Assembly: GCA_951406725.2 (NCBI GenBank)
Contig: OX597819.1
Span: forward strand, 127,534,001 to 127,598,000
DNA length: 64,000 bases
Direction of reading: 5' to 3'
Source of the DNA: Octopus vulgaris
Lineage: Eukaryota
The notes under the pieces are model-generated. The model was not told the DNA's origin. It did no database searches and worked only from the letters and a program-made list of their open reading frames with translations. The position numbers and the translations under genes are program-made. Every line of letters begins with the position of its first letter. Within the stretch, counting starts at the first letter, position 1. This document shows positions 1-14,506 of the stretch, in pieces.

Positions 1-159
1 ATAGTATGTGCTGCAAAACTGTAAAGGCCATATATACATAAAACCTAAAAATGACAGTTTGTATAGAAGATGGGTGTAAAAAAAACATATCTTCGACAGA
101 AATACAACGTACATAAAACAATCCAAAGAAATGCCGTCGGAAAATAACGAAAACAAAGC

Positions 160-412
160 CATACACACACAGATACACACTTACACACACACACACACGC
201 ACACACACACACACACACACACGCATACACACACACAAAACGACTCATACGCACGCATAAGACACGCATGTGTATGTGTGCACGTAAGTATGTATATATT
301 ATATATCTGAAACTATATTTATATCAATGTATATATATATATATATATTTTTGTATGTATGTATGTATGTATGTATGTATATACACATATCTATGCGTAT
401 ATGTATACATAC

Positions 413-458
<46 letters not shown>

Positions 459-525
459 GTATATATATATGTATATATATATATATGTATGTATATATAT
501 ATATGTATATTTATATATATATATG

Positions 526-558
<33 letters not shown>

Positions 559-659
559 GCATATATATATATGTACATACATACATGTATACATACATAC
601 GTGCATATATACGTAGATACATACAGACTCATATATATTCATGCATATATATATATATA
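160..659. repeat. (CA)n followed by (TA)n/(TATG)n compound microsatellite
   Basis: Direct reading; the overlapping YI/CV-rich ORFs are artefacts. Confidence 0.95.
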
Positions 660-1120
660 CAGGGTACAATGGGTCAATTGTCGCCATTTTATGCTTTTTA
701 TTTCGTGCATTCGCATTGCTTCTTTTTGATTTTGTCGACTACACAGTATAGTAGGGTCAGCTGGACACCGTCTATGAGAGAATGAGTGCCATGACGCAAT
801 TCACTCTACCAGAAATTCGAAAACGTCATGCTGTATTGCTTGGCATTCACACCAAAAGCTCTAATACGAATATTCCAGAGTGTTTAGGTGTCAATCTGAG
901 GACAGTGCAATCGGGGAACATGTAGCGAGAGTGATAAAAATCAAACATCCAGTCAACATTATGGTATTTGGAGTGATCACTAGTGATGGCGACGTTATGC
1001 CGCCATTCATCTTACCACACAGCCTCAGACTCAACACGGAGGCCTACATCAAGTGCTTGGTGGAGGTAGTGTTGTCCTGGGTAAGATGGTGGCTGCTGGA
1101 AGACCCTATGTCTGGCAACG
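660..1120 (+). mobile_element. Tc1/mariner-superfamily (maT/Tc1-like) transposon remnant, 5' end plus part of catalytic domain
   Basis: Starts TA-CAGGGT, a typical Tc1/mariner terminus. ORF 880-1278 contains KHPVNIMVFGVITSDGDVMPPFILPHSLRLNTEAYIKCLVEVVLSWV, matching the KHP.S.MVWG.I...G segment of DDE_3 transposases. Truncated. Confidence 0.75.
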
Positions 1121-1215
1121 ATGGATGTAGTTCGGCAAGCTGTCGGTTTACATCCTGCCGGACTTATCTGTTGGAAGGCATAACACTTCTCCGTTCCTCG
1201 TGCGCTACATGCGCT

Positions 1216-1442
1216 TACGTAGACCATATGCAGGTATATTCCCGACTTGTTGGGCCTCTGTCCTATTCTGTCTCTTAGTGTATAGATTTAAAATCTGTCT
1301 AAGTTTGGTCCTAGTAACCACATGAAAGCACAATTCCCTATAGCTAGGACCAAATATAGACGGATTTTAAAACTATACACTAAGAGAAAGAATAGGACTG
1401 AGGCCCAACAACTCGGGAATATATCCGCATATGGCCTACGTA
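1216..1442. repeat. Long imperfect inverted repeat (~99-bp arms, 29-bp loop), foldback/MITE-like
   Basis: 1216-1314 TACGTAGACCATATG...TTTGGTCCTAG is the reverse complement of 1344-1442 CTAGGACCAAA...CATATGGCCTACGTA with about 10 mismatches. Confidence 0.9.
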
Positions 1443-2119
1443 CAGGCTAAAACATGCCCATTGAAAATATACTTAAATAATATATAGCAAATAGAGGAGT
1501 TAATGAGAATTAAAAATATAAAAAGACAAGAAGAACATACAATGCATGATAACTCTGCTTCTCTGTTCAGTCACAGGATGGAGGCAATATAACCAAAAGT
1601 ATTACTGCTTTGATTGTTTAGCCGTACGTGAATTCTGATTAAATACACCGATGATGAAAGGTTTTGCTAACAATAATTATTCCGCATTTGATGTCTGTTT
1701 TTTCTTGCCATCCACAAACTGTATCCAGAACCCGGATATTTACTTATTTAATTTTGTCCAAAGATGTTATGTGAGGCAGTTATTATTATTATCATTTTTT
1801 TGCTACTTCTTAGAGGCTGAGAAAGGAAGTAGAAACTTGCTCAGTTGGCTCATATCAAATAATGTGAATGAATTGGGATTAAATAACTGTCTGATATTAT
1901 GTTGATAAAGTTGAAGCAAACGTAATATATAACTTGCTGTTTCTAAAAGACAAAGAAAGTTAATGGGGTATACTCGTGGATATCATACGAGTCTATAGTA
2001 TTATGTAATACGAATTTTGTGTTTGGGTAGCTACTTTTATTTCCTATTGCCTTACCCCTAAAAAGTATGTAATCTGGGTAATATTTCCTTCGAACTTTAC
2101 TTTTGTTACATTTGTTCAA

Positions 2120-2290
2120 GCCTCAAAGAATCCCTCTTAATATACATATGCCTACGTTGCTCCCCCGCTACTTCTGCTCACGGTCAGAGATGCCTATATT
2201 GTTAAAAGGAACATTCTCAAGAGGTTAAGGTCAAGCAACTGATAAGCAAACCTGAAGTATTGAACAGAATATTTGCTATAACGATATCTC
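2120..2290. mobile_element. Diverged fragment of the interspersed repeat at 37632-38186
   Basis: CTCAAAGAATCCCTC...GCTCCCCC.CTACTTCTGCTC...CAGAGATGC...AACTGA.AAGCAAA.CTG...CAGAATATTTGCT aligns to 37920-38085. Confidence 0.75.
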
Positions 2291-2511
2291 TGCTTCAGCA
2301 ACCCGGCATTGAATCTCTGAAAAATGTAATGGAAAATAGGTCGGTTTCAAAACATTGATGTCCAGCTCACTACAGCACAGTTTAAAGGGAACATTAGTCA
2401 TTTCTTTTCATTCCTGATAGAAGTAGAAGCAAATAGGAAATAACGCTTACTGACCAAAGACAAAAAGAAAACGAAAATTTTATTACACATTGTAATACTT
2501 GAATGTAATAT

Positions 2512-2741
2512 ATTTCTTTACTACCCACAAGGGGCTAAACACAGAGGGGACAAACAAGAACAGACAAAGGGATGAAGTCGATTACATCGACCCCAGTGCG
2601 TAACTGGCACTTAATTTATCGACCCCGAAAGGATTAAAGGCAAAGTCGACCTCGGCGGAATTTGAACTCAGAACGTAACGACAGACGAAATACCGCTAAG
2701 CATTTCGCCCGGCGCGGTAACGCTTCTGCCAGCTCGCCGCC
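2512..2741 (-). mobile_element. tRNA-derived SINE, family A (full length)
   Basis: Minus strand begins GGCGGCGAGCTGGCAGAAG (A-box-like), has GTTCAAATTCC (B-box-like) and a GCCTTT.ATCCTTTCGGGGTCGATAAATTAAG core. Flanked by the target-site duplication TTGAATGTAATAT (2499-2511 / 2742-2754). Confidence 0.9.
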
Positions 2742-2899
2742 TTGAATGTAATATGGTTAATGATAGCCCATGGAGGGATACTAGTAATTTGAGAGCAATT
2801 AGCGCACAGATGTTTGGTTTTTACTGAACAAAATTAACAATTTGAAATTTAAGTTTAAACGCTTTTCAAGCGTATGTATCTACAAGTACGTATGTACCC

Positions 2900-3047
2900 A
2901 TCTATCCATCCGATTGTCTGTCTGTCTGTCTATCTGTCTGTCTCTCTCTATTTCTCTCTCTCTATCTATTTATCTAGTAAGCTATCTATCTATGCATATA
3001 TATGTATACACACACATATATACATACATATATATATATATACATAC

Positions 3048-3127
<80 letters not shown>

Positions 3128-3235
3128 GTATATATATATATATTTATATACATATATATAAATGTACACACATGCATACATACATACTTACACACACATA
3201 CATACAACCATATGTATTTGTGTGTGTGTATATGT
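2900..3235. repeat. (TCTG/TCTA)n and (TA)n/(CA)n microsatellites
   Basis: Direct reading. Confidence 0.95.
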
Positions 3236-3768
3236 GCGAGCGGAAATGTTTGCTTGTTTCTATGGGGGTATATACAAACGCATCTCCACATCTCCACATA
3301 TGTGCTACAAGAGTACGTTTGAGCGGAGGGGGAAAGTATTTGATCGATCTAATATCTAAGTCGATTGTGAAACACTTAGATATTTAAAAACGCGAAATTA
3401 ATGTTGTAAATATTCATATGATCATAATGCATGATGGAATTAATATTAGTACAAAAGCCATCAGGTGGTAATCTGTCGGCGTATTAATACATTTACAATC
3501 CATTTCTACAATAGAATACATGAAGGATTTCATTAATTTCATAGCTATATTGTTGTATTAACTGATCTTTTTCGTTGTTTATCTTTGATTTCAGCGAATA
3601 TTTTTGCTTGTTTGTAAATTTTATTCACACATTACATTTTCCATCATACACCTCGTATTTCCGAGCGAAATTTCAAATGATTGTATATACACGTATGTAG
3701 AATGCGTGAGCACACGTGTATGAATATAAATATATACATACATACAATCACACACATATATATATTAC

Positions 3769-3815
<47 letters not shown>

Positions 3816-3817
3816 TG

Positions 3818-3857
<40 letters not shown>

Positions 3858-4395
3858 TATATTATGTATATATATGTATGTATATGCATATGTAGATGTA
3901 TGTGTTTATATATGTTCATATATTTTATGTTTTTATCTTCACATTTTCAAAAACAGATTTCTCTTTATAGTATAAAAACATCAATTAGATTAATAACTAA
4001 ACACATATTCTCCAGGGAGTTATCAATCGAAGAATTAAAAAATCACAAACAGGAGCACACGCCCGCACACACATACACACACACATACACACACATGCAC
4101 ATACACACACACACATACACACGCGCTCACACAGAAACACACACACACATATGCACCTATATGAAATGAAATACAGAAATACATTGAAAGCTGGTTGCAA
4201 AATACAAACGCACAGAGAACATCACAATCATGGCTACGTCTGTGTGCGTCTAATTAAAAAGTTTCCAAATAACCCCTAATTTTTTTTAATTTCGTTTGAA
4301 GAACACGAAGAACAATAACATTTATAAAACAACAATTATAATCTTAGCAATAATATGCGGCAGCGGCCTCTGCAGCAGTTACTGCTGCTGCTGTC

Positions 4396-5103
<708 letters not shown>

Positions 5104-5473
5104 TAGTGAAATAAATGAAAGGCTGTTTTGATATTTTCATTTTTTTCATAGCATTCAAAAGTTTTTTTTTTGAAATTTTTATTTCTCTTGTGGTATTCAA
5201 AAACTTGATACTTTTTGGTTTTAAATAACGGCAGGAATTATGGAATTATCAACTGAGTTCCTCTTGTCAGAATATAGGTCAAACTTGATTTCAATCTTTC
5301 CCCAACACAATCAACTCTATCTTTCCACAGCCATACAAATATACATAGATACATACAAATACATAAAAGTTTATGTATACATACATATATACGTACGTAG
5401 ATTAATGAATTCATACATATATACATATGTGTGAGTATACACATACAAATACACCATGCATATATGAATAAAC

Positions 5474-5522
<49 letters not shown>

Positions 5523-5559
5523 GATAGGTGTGCATGTATATGTGTGTCTCTATACACCC

Positions 5560-5629
<70 letters not shown>

Positions 5630-6109
5630 ATATCTATATCTATATATATATATACATATATATATTCATACATACATACATACATACATACATACATACA
5701 TACATACATACATACATACATACATACATACATACATACATACATGTATTATACATTTATACGTGTCTGAAACAAATATATGTACACCTGACAACATATA
5801 TGTGAATATTTGTTTTAAATTATTAGTAAGCATTTAGAAATATTTAATACGTATAAGCGTATGTGTGTGAATGTGTGTGAATGAGAGAGAGGCTGAGGGA
5901 GAGACTGAGAGGGAGGTAGAGAGAAAGAGAGAGAGAGTGTGTAATCGTTCTATGTTTCTACTGGGAAACAAATACTGCTTCTTTTTGAATCTTGATAGTT
6001 GAAAAAATCACGTGTAAACTAATATTTCGAGGCAACATATATATATACAAATATTAAGTATGGGCTTATATTAATGTAGCATTTATGCGTATGTGTATAT
6101 ACATATATG

Positions 6110-6171
<62 letters not shown>

Positions 6172-6263
6172 AATATTTATATGTATATATATATGAAATT
6201 TTTTGCGTAATGGGATAAAAAAAAACAAGCCTGTATAGATATTAGAGCATTTATAGATAGAAG

Positions 6264-6318
6264 GTCTTACAGCTGTTTCTAGAATACTAATTAATAATAA
6301 TGTCCCTTCATCGGAGAC
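6264..6318 (-). ncRNA. Type I hammerhead-ribozyme-like motif (U4C core)
   Basis: Minus strand: GUCU-CCGAUGA-AGGGAC...GUAUUCUA-GAAA-CAGCUG-UA-AGAC. Stem I GUCU/AGAC, palindromic stem III, GUA cleavage triplet; stem II imperfect. Confidence 0.55.
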
Positions 6319-6573
6319 GGTGTGAGAGGAAAAGTTAAGTCATAGTTAGTTTCGATGTGATACAAATAGAGAGTGAGGTGGAGGAAAGAAAATAGGTGTG
6401 AGATATGTATGGTTATTGAATTCATAAATCCATTTTTATAGGCATAATGGTATATATGTGTAATATTCCAATATCCTTTGAGTAAAATCCAAAAGTCCAT
6501 ATATATGCATATATGTATGTTTATATACATATATATATGAATACACACACACATATATATATATATGTATATA

Positions 6574-6630
<57 letters not shown>

Positions 6631-6634
<4 letters not shown>

Positions 6635-6860
6635 ATCCCATCAACTTTAAACGGAGTCTGGATAGATTCCTTCAAAGAATACCAGATAAGCCACCCATAA
6701 TTGGATACAACTCACCCAACAAAAACTCACTACCTGAATGGACCATAAGCAAAACTTGACTTAAACAGGATTCAAATAATCCTATCAGGTGGTGCTATTA
6801 AGTTAGACATGGCCTGGACCAATCATTGGTCGAAGCACATCTAAGTTTATCTAAGTTTAT
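6631..6860 (+). mobile_element. CR1-group LINE extreme 3' end (ORF2 C-terminus, 3' stem-loop, tandem tail)
   Basis: [21 protein letters not shown]...NSL is homologous to FKIKLDLFLSGVPDKP...SNSL at 17389-17817. It is followed by CATGGCC, the hairpin GACCA-ATCAT-TGGTC and the tail (ATCTAAGTTT)x2. Confidence 0.75.
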
Positions 6861-6889
6861 ACATACATATAAATATATATATAATATAT

Positions 6890-6937
<48 letters not shown>

Positions 6938-7301
6938 TGTATATATATTTATATATATATGTATGTATATATATTATATATATATTTATATGTATGTATA
7001 TATATATATACATACATACAAATATATATATAAATATAGCACATCTAAGTTTATCTAAGTTTATACATACATATAAATATATATATAATATATATACATA
7101 CATATATATATATATATATATGTATGTATATATATTGTATATATATTTTTATATATATGTATGTATATATATTATATATATATTTATATGTATGTATATA
7201 TATATACATACATACAAATATATATATAACCCCATATATATATATATATAAATATATATATAATATATATACTTACATATATATATAAATATATATACAA
7301 T

Positions 7302-7340
<39 letters not shown>

Positions 7341-7358
7341 CTTGATATTATATATATA

Positions 7359-7412
<54 letters not shown>

Positions 7413-8489
7413 GCACGATGGGACTGGAAAGTTATTAACTTTAATGGTGTCGCGAAAGGAAGACCCAGCCTTCCGAATTCTTTTATAGAGCTCAGAAACA
7501 GTGAAGCACCGCTGCAAGATGAATGTGAATCTGAGAGGGGAATATGTTCCTCCTGTTTGTTTTTTCTTTGTCCAAAACCAGGAACATTTCAGTGCCGCCT
7601 CTTGCACCTCTGCAATGCATATGTGTGTGAGCGTATCTTTATATCTGTAGATGCATACATAGATTTTCAAGGGATGCTGCAGTTATCAACGTAATTGCGG
7701 CAGCCATAAGAAATGCCACAGGATAAGGATTAAAATATCATTTCAGAACGACACTACAAAGTCTAAAAGATAGTTACAATCTAATTCCAAATGGTTATGA
7801 ATGCATAATATTAGAAGACATAGGCCTTTGACGGGTGTTTTCTACATTAGTACCGGTCCTGTCTGTAATAAAAAAAAATCAGTAAGCGTACTTACACAAA
7901 TACAGCAGAAAGAGTTTTGCAGCTAGCGAAAGAACTTAGTAGAGTTGCGCAAGAATGAAATGGAGTAAGTCCTAGTGGAATATATATATATATATATATA
8001 TTATTTAGAGATAGCAGTCCCCATCATCACACCAATATAAAAGAATTTTATTTTAATACTTACTACTCATTTCTAAATCTCTGCTACACGTGTGTCTTGA
8101 GGTTTTTGTATGGTTCCTTCAGCACGCAGTGTTTTACAGGAACATTTCTTAAAACGCAACCCCAATCGTCAGGTCTCTAAATAACTTTATTATAGTTCAA
8201 TACCAAATACTATATTTTAATTTTAACAGATGAGTATGCGTGTGTGCAAAGAAATTCGCCGAATTTATACCTGTAATTATTGGGGCTCTGGGATATATAA
8301 CACACTGCCTACATACCAATCTTGAGAAATTAGGCTTCTCAAAACCAGAAAGGAGAAAGCTAAGTCGAAGACTACAGATCCAATCCATCACTGAAACTAA
8401 AAATCTGTAAAACTTTCCAGAAATTTATCATGTAAATATATACGATGGTGTCTAGATATGTAACTATATGCAGGAGAATACATACGTAA

Positions 8490-8623
8490 AACATACAAAT
8501 TTGCACATACATACATATATACATACATGCACACATACATACATACATACATACATACATACATACATACATACATACATACATGCATGCATACATACAT
8601 ACATACATACATATATACATACA

Positions 8624-8657
<34 letters not shown>

Positions 8658-8790
8658 CATACATGCACACATACATACATACATACATACATACATACAT
8701 ACATGCACACATACATACATACATACATATATACATACATACATACATACATACATACATACATACATACATACATAATACATACATACA
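8490..8790. repeat. (TACA)n tetranucleotide microsatellite
   Basis: Direct reading. Confidence 0.95.
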
Positions 8791-9711
8791 AAAATACCCT
8801 GTTTATGATGTTGCAATTCCAATGAAGGAACCTTGGATCTAGGTTAGAAACCGGTATTTTCTCTATTGGCAAGAAATCTTCAAATAAACTGAATAATGAC
8901 ATACATACATATTTACATAGATACACGTATCAACTCGCTGGAGCAAAGTGGGCTTGAACTTGGGTTCTTGAGGAGTAGATGCAACTCCTTAACTCAAGCA
9001 CTACAAATGACCATGATATCTGGATCAAGGAATATCTGCTAGACCTTCTTATGATTTAAAGGAAGATCTAAAGTAATATGCTTTCCTTCACAACCTTACA
9101 GTAAAGAGAAGAAAAAATAATTATCTGCACCCATGTTGGCTACAATTCGATCTCGATCAATGTAATGTCATCGTATTATTGTTTCGTTAATCATTGGCAG
9201 CAGTATGTGACTTCCCAGTCCTGCTAGGAACTAACAGGTACAGGTGCAGCAACGATGGACTCCTCTTTCAATAGATATGCCTTCGTTCCATCACAGAAAT
9301 TTTCATTCAGTCCTTTTTTTTTATATTGACCAGCCATTGCCTGCAGCATTATTGCAATATTAATAAAAGTTGAAAGAGTTAAACAGTTTTACTATGTATT
9401 GTATGTTTGTTTCTTTTACGAACCAAGTTTTAGGAAGTTTTGAAGTGTGTATATGATTGATGGTGTGTAATTGTCGTCATATGTTAACGTATCTCTATTT
9501 AGGATAGTGCGGCTATAGTTTTTCTTAAAGAATTATCTGAAAAGAATTTAGGCTTGGTTAGGCAACTTAATGGATGTTATACATACTTTGATGCCATATT
9601 CGTTCCTAATTTCGAGTTTTTCGAGTATTTACTGCATGTTATGCAGAATACAGCTGAGATTTAGATGCCAATGCAAGAATTAAGGAAGTTAGTAAAGTTA
9701 CTTATCTAGAC

Positions 9712-10063
9712 CTGTAGTTCTCAACCGGGGTTCATATGATCGCTAAGATTTTTTGTGGGGGCGGGCATAGGGTCAACGTGACAAAATAGTGAAATGAGGA
9801 TCCACAATAACACTTTAAGAGACCCTGAAAAACTTTTGCTGTAGATGTATGTATTGATATATATTGCAAGAAACAGTTTGTTTTTTTTCTCTGACATTTT
9901 ACATAGTTCAACCTACACAAGTTAATGTGTGAAAAAAATAGGTATTTTGAAAGAGGTTTATAGAAAACTAGTTCTTAAACATCAAATCGCTCTAGGGTTC
10001 CTCCAGAATAAAACAACAATCAATGGGGTCATAGATTAAGAAAAAAATTATTGAGAACCCGTG
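9712..10063. mobile_element. Non-autonomous hAT (Charlie-like) element
   Basis: Degenerate TIRs CTGTAGTTCTCAA / TTGAGAACCCGTG. Perfect 8-bp TSD ATCTAGAC at 9704-9711 and 10064-10071 fits the NTCTAGAN hAT-Charlie preference. Confidence 0.8.
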
Positions 10064-10508
10064 ATCTAGACCTTGCGATTCATATATGGAATGGGTTTTC
10101 GGTTAATAATTTACACGAAAAAACTAATTAATTCAAGTTTAAGATCACAGAAATTTGTTTACTTCATGAAATGTGAATTAATGTGTACGCAGCAGAGATT
10201 ATAAGATTTTGGAAAATACATAACGTTGATTTAATGGTATAAGGGAGTGAAAATTTGACAACGTGAATGATCATTCAGGGTTTTAATGTCAAAGGTTAGC
10301 TTAGAAATTTAGGTGTGCTCTCGATATAAGAATAATGGTATTTGCATAACTATGGAATGATTTCAACTATATTAAACGTTGAAATCATAGTGATAGATTT
10401 GGTTTAGTTTGGTTTGATATAAGAATTACGGAATTAAACAAATGATTACACCTAAGACGTGTTTGTATTAAAAGATTAATTTAAAAATTCTGGCGTATTC
10501 AGGATATA

Positions 10509-11406
10509 CAGGGGTTGAACAAAATAATGGAAACACCTTAAAATTTTAAACAAATATATTTTAATATGGGGTAGGATCACCTTTAGCAGTAATTACAGCT
10601 TGAATTCTACGAGGTGTTGACTCGTATAAAGTTTGAATTGTTTTTCAGCTAAAACAGTCTCCAGTTCTTGTAGTGATGATGCTGGAAGATATTGACTCCT
10701 TATTTATTTTTCCAAAATGCACCATAAATGTTCAATTGCGTTTCCCTCCAGAAACAGTTCCGCAACTATAGAATAACAGTCTTCCACTGCTCTGGGGACC
10801 AATTCTGTAGGTCTTTACTCCACTCTAATCTCTTTGCAACGTTTATTTTTGAAAGTAGTGGTTTTCTGATTGCAGCCCTCCTGTGACATCCGGCTTTGTG
10901 CAGCTCCCGGTGAAAAGCTTTTGTGGAAACTGGGTTCTCGAGGTGGTCATTAAGCGATGCAGTAATTTTGGGAGCTGTACTTTTGAGATCCTTTCTAACA
11001 ATTCGCGTGAGAGTCTGACGGTCCCTATCTAAAAGTTTTGGTTTACTTCCGGAGATTTGTTTCGACGAGGAGGCTTTTCCCTCTTTTTCAAAAGCTGTCA
11101 TTACTTTCAATACAGTACTTCTTGATACACCAAACATTTCGGCTGTTTTCGTTACGCTAGCACCTGCCATACAAGCACCAACAATTTAACCTCTTTGAAA
11201 GTCCGATAGATCTGCCATTTTAATGAATTTTAATTACTTTTTCTGATGATATCTGAAAAGAAACAGCAATTGTAGCAAACCATATTATACAACACTAATA
11301 ATAAAGCAACAAAAATAAATATAAACAAGCTTTTGATGGTTTTATAGATATTCCAAAATTATGATGCTATGATGTTAGGTGTTTCCATTATTTTGTCCAA
11401 CCCCTG
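10509..11406 (-). mobile_element. Tc1-like transposon, internally deleted, both TIRs present
   Basis: 30-bp TIRs CAGGGGTTG(A/G)ACAAAATAATGGAAACACCT (10509-10538, 11377-11406) with TA on the left. Transposase N-terminus MADLSDFQRG*IVG...GASVTKTAEMFGVSRSTV (HTH) through RKPLLS; C-terminus IEHLW...ESTPRRIQAVITAKGDPTPY*. Most of the DDE domain is deleted. Confidence 0.93.
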
Positions 11407-11790
11407 TGTATAATATTTTTGAAGGAATAAAGAAAAAGTTTGGTTCACAACTCAAGACTGACTTAAAATATTACGTATAGTAAAAGTGGTTAGGTATGCG
11501 TGGAAGCATAGAATTATAGAATCCGATATGAAGGGCTTTTACAGTCAAATAGTTATGCTTAGATAGATTGCGTATAGGTTAGATTTCCCAGTATTTGTTT
11601 CTTTGCTTCTTATCGGAAGATTACTGTCACTTCAGCCGCATTGAGCTTGAATCCGGCTTTTTTAGTCATAGCATGTGGAGGAGATAAAGCTTTAGAACAG
11701 GTTTTCCAGTGAGTAGAAATTTTAATTTTTGGGTGGAATTATTAAATTATTTATTTAGTAATGTCATTCCCTATTATGAATTATTTAAGA

Positions 11791-12152
11791 CTAGCACTAT
11801 GACCCGGCAACGCCGTGTCATAGTGCTAGTGCATGCATATACAGCTGCGTGCGTGCACACATACACGCGAGTACTGTCCAAATCTCCGACCTATCACATA
11901 CAGCTAGCTGGCTTTCAATTGGCGTATCAAGTTTCGGGCATTTTGATTGGGTTTTGGATAGAAAATTCACAAAAAAGTCACTTCTATTGAATTTTTAATG
12001 GCTTTGCGGGGTGACTGGGGAAATGTAAAGATGTGCGCGACCACCCTTGGACGGTTTTAAATGACCATAGAAAGTGCGAGCCCTCTAACTGAAAAATTGT
12101 GGATTTGTATAAAGGGCACACACACAGACATTTTGCCGTTTATATATAGAGA
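11791..12152 (-). mobile_element. Non-autonomous Helitron-like element
   Basis: Minus strand 5' A|TCTCTATATATAAACGGCAAAATGTCTG is shared with the element at 25065-25448. The 3' end has a GC-containing hairpin then CTAG|T; no TSD. Confidence 0.75.
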
Positions 12153-12490
12153 TTTTTTTAGTTGTGGTTCAATCAGTAATCATATCTGATTTAGAATATG
12201 TATGTGTATTTGGTCATTAAGTGTACATAGTTGATTATCATATGATATTATTTTGTCTGTTTCTGAATACGTTGGTGATATTCGACAGCGTTCATGGTTT
12301 TATTGTATCTACGTAGATTAGTTTATGTGTTATTCGTATATTTTAGTTTATTCTTTAGAGGAGTTATGCATGGATGATTGACTTGTACTTTTTAATCTAT
12401 TTGATTCAATTATTATAATTTTTTTTTTGCAGTGTGATCGTTTAAAAGGTGGTTAAGTTTGTAATTATGACCTAGTATATTCCCAGGTGT

Positions 12491-12805
12491 GGAGGCGCAA
12501 TGGCCCAGTGGTTAGGGCAGCGAACTCACCGTTGTAGGGTCGCGGTTTCGATTCCCAGCCCGGGCGTTGTGAGTGTTTATTGAGCGAAAACACATAAAAC
12601 TCCACGAGGCTCTGGCAGGGGGCTGGTGGCGATCCCTGCTGTACACTTTCGCCACAACTTTCTCTCACTCTTTCTTCTGTCGGCCTACTCGCTTAGCCAG
12701 CGGGGTTGGCGTCATTTGAAGGCTAAAACAATGTAAAGCGCATTGTGACCAGCGATGTGTAGTAACATCTGATAGCCTGGTCGGTCACGGGGATCACGGT
12801 GATAT
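12491..12805 (+). mobile_element. tRNA-derived SINE, family B
   Basis: GGAGGCGCAATGGCCCAGTGGTTAGG (A box)...GGTTTCGATTCCC (B box); near-identical reverse copy at 30175-30480. Confidence 0.9.
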
Positions 12806-13184
12806 TATCAGGTAGCAATAGAACATATTTCTATGACTGATAAACACCGACGGATGTAATGAGCCTGCTTACAGAATTTGAAACCATATTAATATCCGTT
12901 AGGCACCTAAAGAGGGAACCGCAGCTTTGTTATGTTCAATCTCTATGTTGGCTATGTTTCTAAGGCTATCTGATTGATTATTCGTACATATTTCTACCTG
13001 TTTATACTTTTATATACTTTGATGCTGGATTCTGATACTTGTTGCTACTGCTTATCTATCGACTTCTTTCAGTGTATTACAGTTTGTTAAGTAAAGCATT
13101 TGGTTCTGAAATTGCTAGGAATTCTCAATTAGTTTATTTCATACGTTTTTGGGGATATACAGGTTTAGGTTAAATAAGAATCTC

Positions 13185-13530
13185 ACTTTGCAACCACGGG
13201 GTTTCGAGTTCAATCTCACTGCGTGGAATCTTGGAGAATCTTGTTCTTCTACTACAGCCCCAAACTGACAAATGCGTTATGAGTGAACTAGGTGGATGGA
13301 AACTCTGCGGAAGCTCCTCGCATGTGTGGTGCGTTTGTGTGTCTTTGAGCTTGTGTTTGTCACTCCCACCGCAACGACAACCACTGTTGGTTTGTTTACG
13401 TTCCCGTAAATTAGCTCTTTGGCAAAATAAACAGAAAATAGGTACTAACTACTTGCATTGTTTGCGATTTGTTCAAGGCAGTGCCCCAGCATGTCCACAG
13501 TCAATTAGCTGAAACAAATAAAATATAAAA
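13185..13530 (+). mobile_element. Degenerate SINE, family C
   Basis: CAACCAC...GAGTTCAATCTCACTGCGTGG head and GCCCCAGCATGTCCACAGTC...CTGAAACAA tail match 14507-14903. Confidence 0.7.
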
Positions 13531-13776
13531 CATAACAGATGTATACATGCATACATTTAATAAGTGATACAATCGAAATGTTTGATAGAAATATTTATAT
13601 TTTTTATTGCTCAATGTATCTCCCGTTCCAGGATATTAAGTAACAGTCTGATAAAATCATTGAATAAAATTACCAACATTCTTCAAAGTTTTCTTGAAAA
13701 TTTTCCAATGATATGTTATTTTAGAAACGTGTGTATAACGTTTTTTTAGAACGATTTAATATACATACACACATAA

Positions 13777-13833
<57 letters not shown>

Positions 13834-13867
13834 CATGCATATATATATACATACATATATATACATG

Positions 13868-13898
<31 letters not shown>

Positions 13899-13934
13899 GT
13901 GTGTGTGTGTGTGTGTGCGTGTGTATAAATATAC

Positions 13935-13967
<33 letters not shown>

Positions 13968-14506
13968 CATACATATATCTGTATGCATGTTGGTTATATA
14001 TATACATATATATGTGTGTGTGTGTATCGGCACAGTCCTAGACGTGTCGTTAATTATTTCGTTTTGCAACGAGCAATTCCCGATTCGAATGTTCTGCTAC
14101 AGGACGTCACGAGAAAGTGTCTTGTACTGTAGGCTGAATGTAACGAATACTTTTTTGCGTGGAATTTGGTAGATAAAACCTATGCGGTAATCTGTCTTTT
14201 ATAAATATGTTTGTATTTATGGCTATACCGGATTTAACAACAGGTGTAGCGTTTCAATGTGCAACATTTTGTTGCCATAAAGAAGTAGTTGAAAAACATA
14301 GAGATTACCAAATCAGTACGAGATTAATATAAGAACTTTTATCATTAATATGATTGACGAGTACTTTCAAGGTGATGTCCCAAATCACCAGCGGATTATA
14401 CTGGAAGTAACACGGAACAGCCACATTGATGTGGCGGTTAACTTTACTTGTTAGTACAGTTACTTCTCTTATCTCTTTTTGAGATTTTGCAACTAGCTAT
14501 TTTGCT

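Noticed and set aside
6834-7240. ~204-bp tandem duplication of the CR1 tail plus (TA)n
   Set aside because: Mostly low-complexity; likely slippage or assembly duplication.
8815-8862. HHR-like CCAAUGA...GAAA-CCGG-UA
   Set aside because: The G5 position is mutated and there is no convincing stem I; at best a dead relic.
12491-12560. tRNA gene
   Set aside because: tRNA-like A/B boxes continue into a SINE body found in multiple copies; no complete cloverleaf.
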